Positions 61,170-64,000 of a DNA stretch of 64,000 nucleotides are shown here, one piece after another. The notes below the pieces were generated by a model. The model was not told the origin of the DNA, searched no databases, and worked only from the letters and a program-made list of their open reading frames with translations. Each line of letters starts with the position of its first letter. Within the stretch, counting starts at the first letter, position 1. Position numbers and translations under genes: made by a program. Source of the DNA: the human T2T-CHM13v2.0 reference genome, Homo sapiens; NCBI RefSeq assembly GCF_009914755.1, contig NC_060928.1; one strand, 5' to 3'.

Positions 61170-63703
61170 AAATAAACTCAAAATAAAGACTCAAATAAAA
61201 TCAGAAATTAAAAGGGTGACACTCCAACTGATACCACAGAAATACAAAGGATTACAAGAAACTATTATGAATAAATATATGCCAACAAATTGGATAACCT
61301 AGAAGAAATGGATAAATTTTTTGACGTATATAATCTACCAACATTGAATTATGCAGAAATAGAAAATCTGAACAGACCAATAATGAATAAGGAGATTATA
61401 ATTAGTAATAAAAAGTCTCTCATCAGAGAAATTCTCAGGACATGATAACTTCACTTTTGAATTCTACCAGACATTTAAAGAAGAACTAATACTAATTCTT
61501 CTCAAACTTTTCCAAAAAATTAGAGAGGAGGGAATATTTCCACATTTATTTTACAAGGCCAGTATTATCCTGACACCAAACTCAGACATGGACACTACAA
61601 AAGAAGAAAACTATAGGCCAATATCCCTGGTGAACTTAAGTGCAAAAATCTTCAACAAAATATTTTCCGACCAAATATTATGGAATATTTAAAAGATCAT
61701 TTACCATGATAAGGTGGGATTCATTCCAAGGATGCAAGGATGACTCCATACGCAAGTCAACTAATCTCATACATCACATTAACATAATAAAGAAGAAACA
61801 CCATATGATTATTTCAATAGGTGTAGAAACAGCATTATACAAAATGTCACATCCTTTCATAATTCAAAAAACCTCTTAGCAAATTAATTACAGAAGAGAT
61901 GCATCTCAGTATAATAAGGACTGTATATGACAAACCCACAGCTAACACCATACTCAATGGAGAAAAATTGAAAGCTTTCCATCTAAGATTGAGAACAAGA
62001 CAACAATGGCCAAGCTAGCCACTTCTATTTAACCCAGTACTGGAAGTTCTAGCTATAGCAATTAGGCAAGAGGAAGAAAGAAAAGACATCCAAATTGCGA
62101 AAAAAAGGTAAACTGTCCCTGTTTGTAGATAACAAAATCTTAGATATAAAAATCCTAAAGACTCCACCAAAAAACTGTTAAAACTAATAAATGAAATCAG
62201 TAAACTTACAGAATACAAAATCAATACAAAAAATCAGTAGCATTTCATACACTAATGGTGAGCAATATGAAAAAGCAATCAAGAAAACAGTTTCATTTAC
62301 TATGGCTAAAAAAAGATATAATAATTAGAAATAAATTTAAACGAGGAGGTGAAAAATCTCTACACTGAAAACTATAGAACAGTGGTTAAAGAAACTAAAC
62401 AAGACACAAATAAATGTAAAGATATCCCATATATATGGTTTGGAAGAATTAAACTTGTTAAAATGTCCATACCACCTAAAGTGATACACAGGTTCAATGC
62501 TATCCCTGTCAAAATATTACTGTCATTCTTTACAGAAATAGAAAAAATAATCCTAAAATTTGTTTAGAACCACAAAAGTCTCTGAATAGCTAAAGCAATG
62601 TTGAACAAGGAGAACAAAGCTGAAGGCGTTGCATTACCTGACTTCAAAATATACTACAATATAGCAAACAAAAAAGTGTAATACTAGCATAAAACAAGAC
62701 ACATAGACCAATGAAACAGAATAGAGAGCCCAGAAAATCCACACCTTAATAGCCATCTGATTTTTTATCAAAGTGCTAAGCACACACAATGGGGACAGGA
62801 CAGTCTTTTCAACAAATGGTGGTGGGAAACTGGATGCCTGCATGCAGAAGAGTGAAATTAGGCCCTTATTTCACGAAAAAATACAAAAATTAACTCAAAA
62901 TGCATTGAAGACTTAAATGTAAGACTCGAAACTATGAAATTACTAGAATAAAACACAGAGGAAAAGCTTCATGAAATTGGTCTTGACAACTTTTTTTTGG
63001 ATATAACTTCAAATTGCAGGCAACAAAAACAACTATAGACAAATGGGATTACATCAAACTAAAAATGTTCTGCACAGCAACAGAAAATATCAAGAGTGAG
63101 GAAACACTCTTGAGGTTTGAAAACATTTTCTTGAGGAAGAAAATATTTGCGAGCTATGCATCTGATAATGGGATAATACCTAAAATTTATAAAGAATTCA
63201 AACTATTCAATGGCAAGAATACAAATAACCCAACTAAAAAATGGGCAGAGGACTTAAATAGACATCTCTCCAAAGAAAATATACAAATGAACAACAGATA
63301 TATGAAAAAAAATCCTTAACATCACTAATTATTAGGGAAATGCAAATTATACTGTGATGACATATTACCTCACTTCTGTGAGGATGGCTATTACAACAAA
63401 GACAAAAGATTACAATGATAGCGTGGATGTAAAGTAAAGGAAATGCTTGCACACTGTTGGTGGAAATGTAAATTAGTATACTCATTATGGAAAACAGTTA
63501 CGGAGGTTCCTCTAAACTTAAAAATAGAATTACCATGTAACCCAGCAATCCCATTACTCAGTGTATACCTAAAGGAAAGCAAGTCAGTATGTCAAAAGCA
63601 TATCTGCCCCCATATGTTGATTGAAGCATTATTCACAATAGCCAAGATACAGAATCAACCTGTGTCCATCAATGAATGAATGAATTAATTAAAAAATATG
63701 ACA
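61170..63703 (+). mobile_element. Old LINE-1 (L1MA/L1PB-like) ORF2 fragment
   Basis: Diverged ORF2 remnants: [43 protein letters not shown]. Confidence 0.9.
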
Positions 63704-64000
63704 TAGACATATCTTGTTTCATTGCACTTTACTTAATTATGCTTTACAGATTTTAGATTTTTAAGAAGGTTTGCGGTAACATTGCATCAAGCTAGTGTAT
63801 TAGTGCTACATTTCCAATAGTATAGTATCACTTCATGTCTCTCTGTCACACTTCGGTAATTCTCACAATATTTCAAACTTTTTTCACGATTTTATATCTG
63901 TTATGGTGATCTTGGATCACTGATGCTTTATGTCACTGTAATAATTGTTTGGGGGCACCACAAACCTCAAACACCCATGTAAGACAGTGAACTTAATTGA
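63704..64000 (+). mobile_element. Tigger1 5' end (runs off the window)
   Basis: tagacatatcttgtttcattgcac...aaggtttgcggtaac...ctctgtcacacttcggtaattctcacaatatttcaaactttt. Confidence 0.88.

Overview
AT-rich, CpG-poor primate (catarrhine, human-like) nuclear DNA that is gene-poor intergenic or deep intronic. I see no credible cellular protein-coding exon, rRNA, tRNA or CRISPR array. Nearly all recognisable ORFs in the track are LINE-1, Alu, mariner or LTR fragments. The window is dominated by transposable elements: seven Alus plus an Alu fragment, a near full-length HSMAR2 mariner interrupted by an ERV1 LTR and an Alu, a 5'-inverted L1PA, a full-length L1PA6/7-like element with an open ORF0, a HERV-H solo LTR7, a polyadenylated HERV-H 3' fragment, THE1, MLT, MER77, Tigger and old L1M/L2/MIR fossils. 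I found no evidence of a new biological system. The most notable observations are the HERV-H retrocopy-like fragment, a template-switch hairpin that frameshifts L1 ORF1, a 111-bp duplication bracketed by consensus splice sites, and an NF-kB/RFX/CRE motif cluster beside LTR7. Repeat subfamily names come from remembered consensus sequences and need RepeatMasker/Dfam confirmation.
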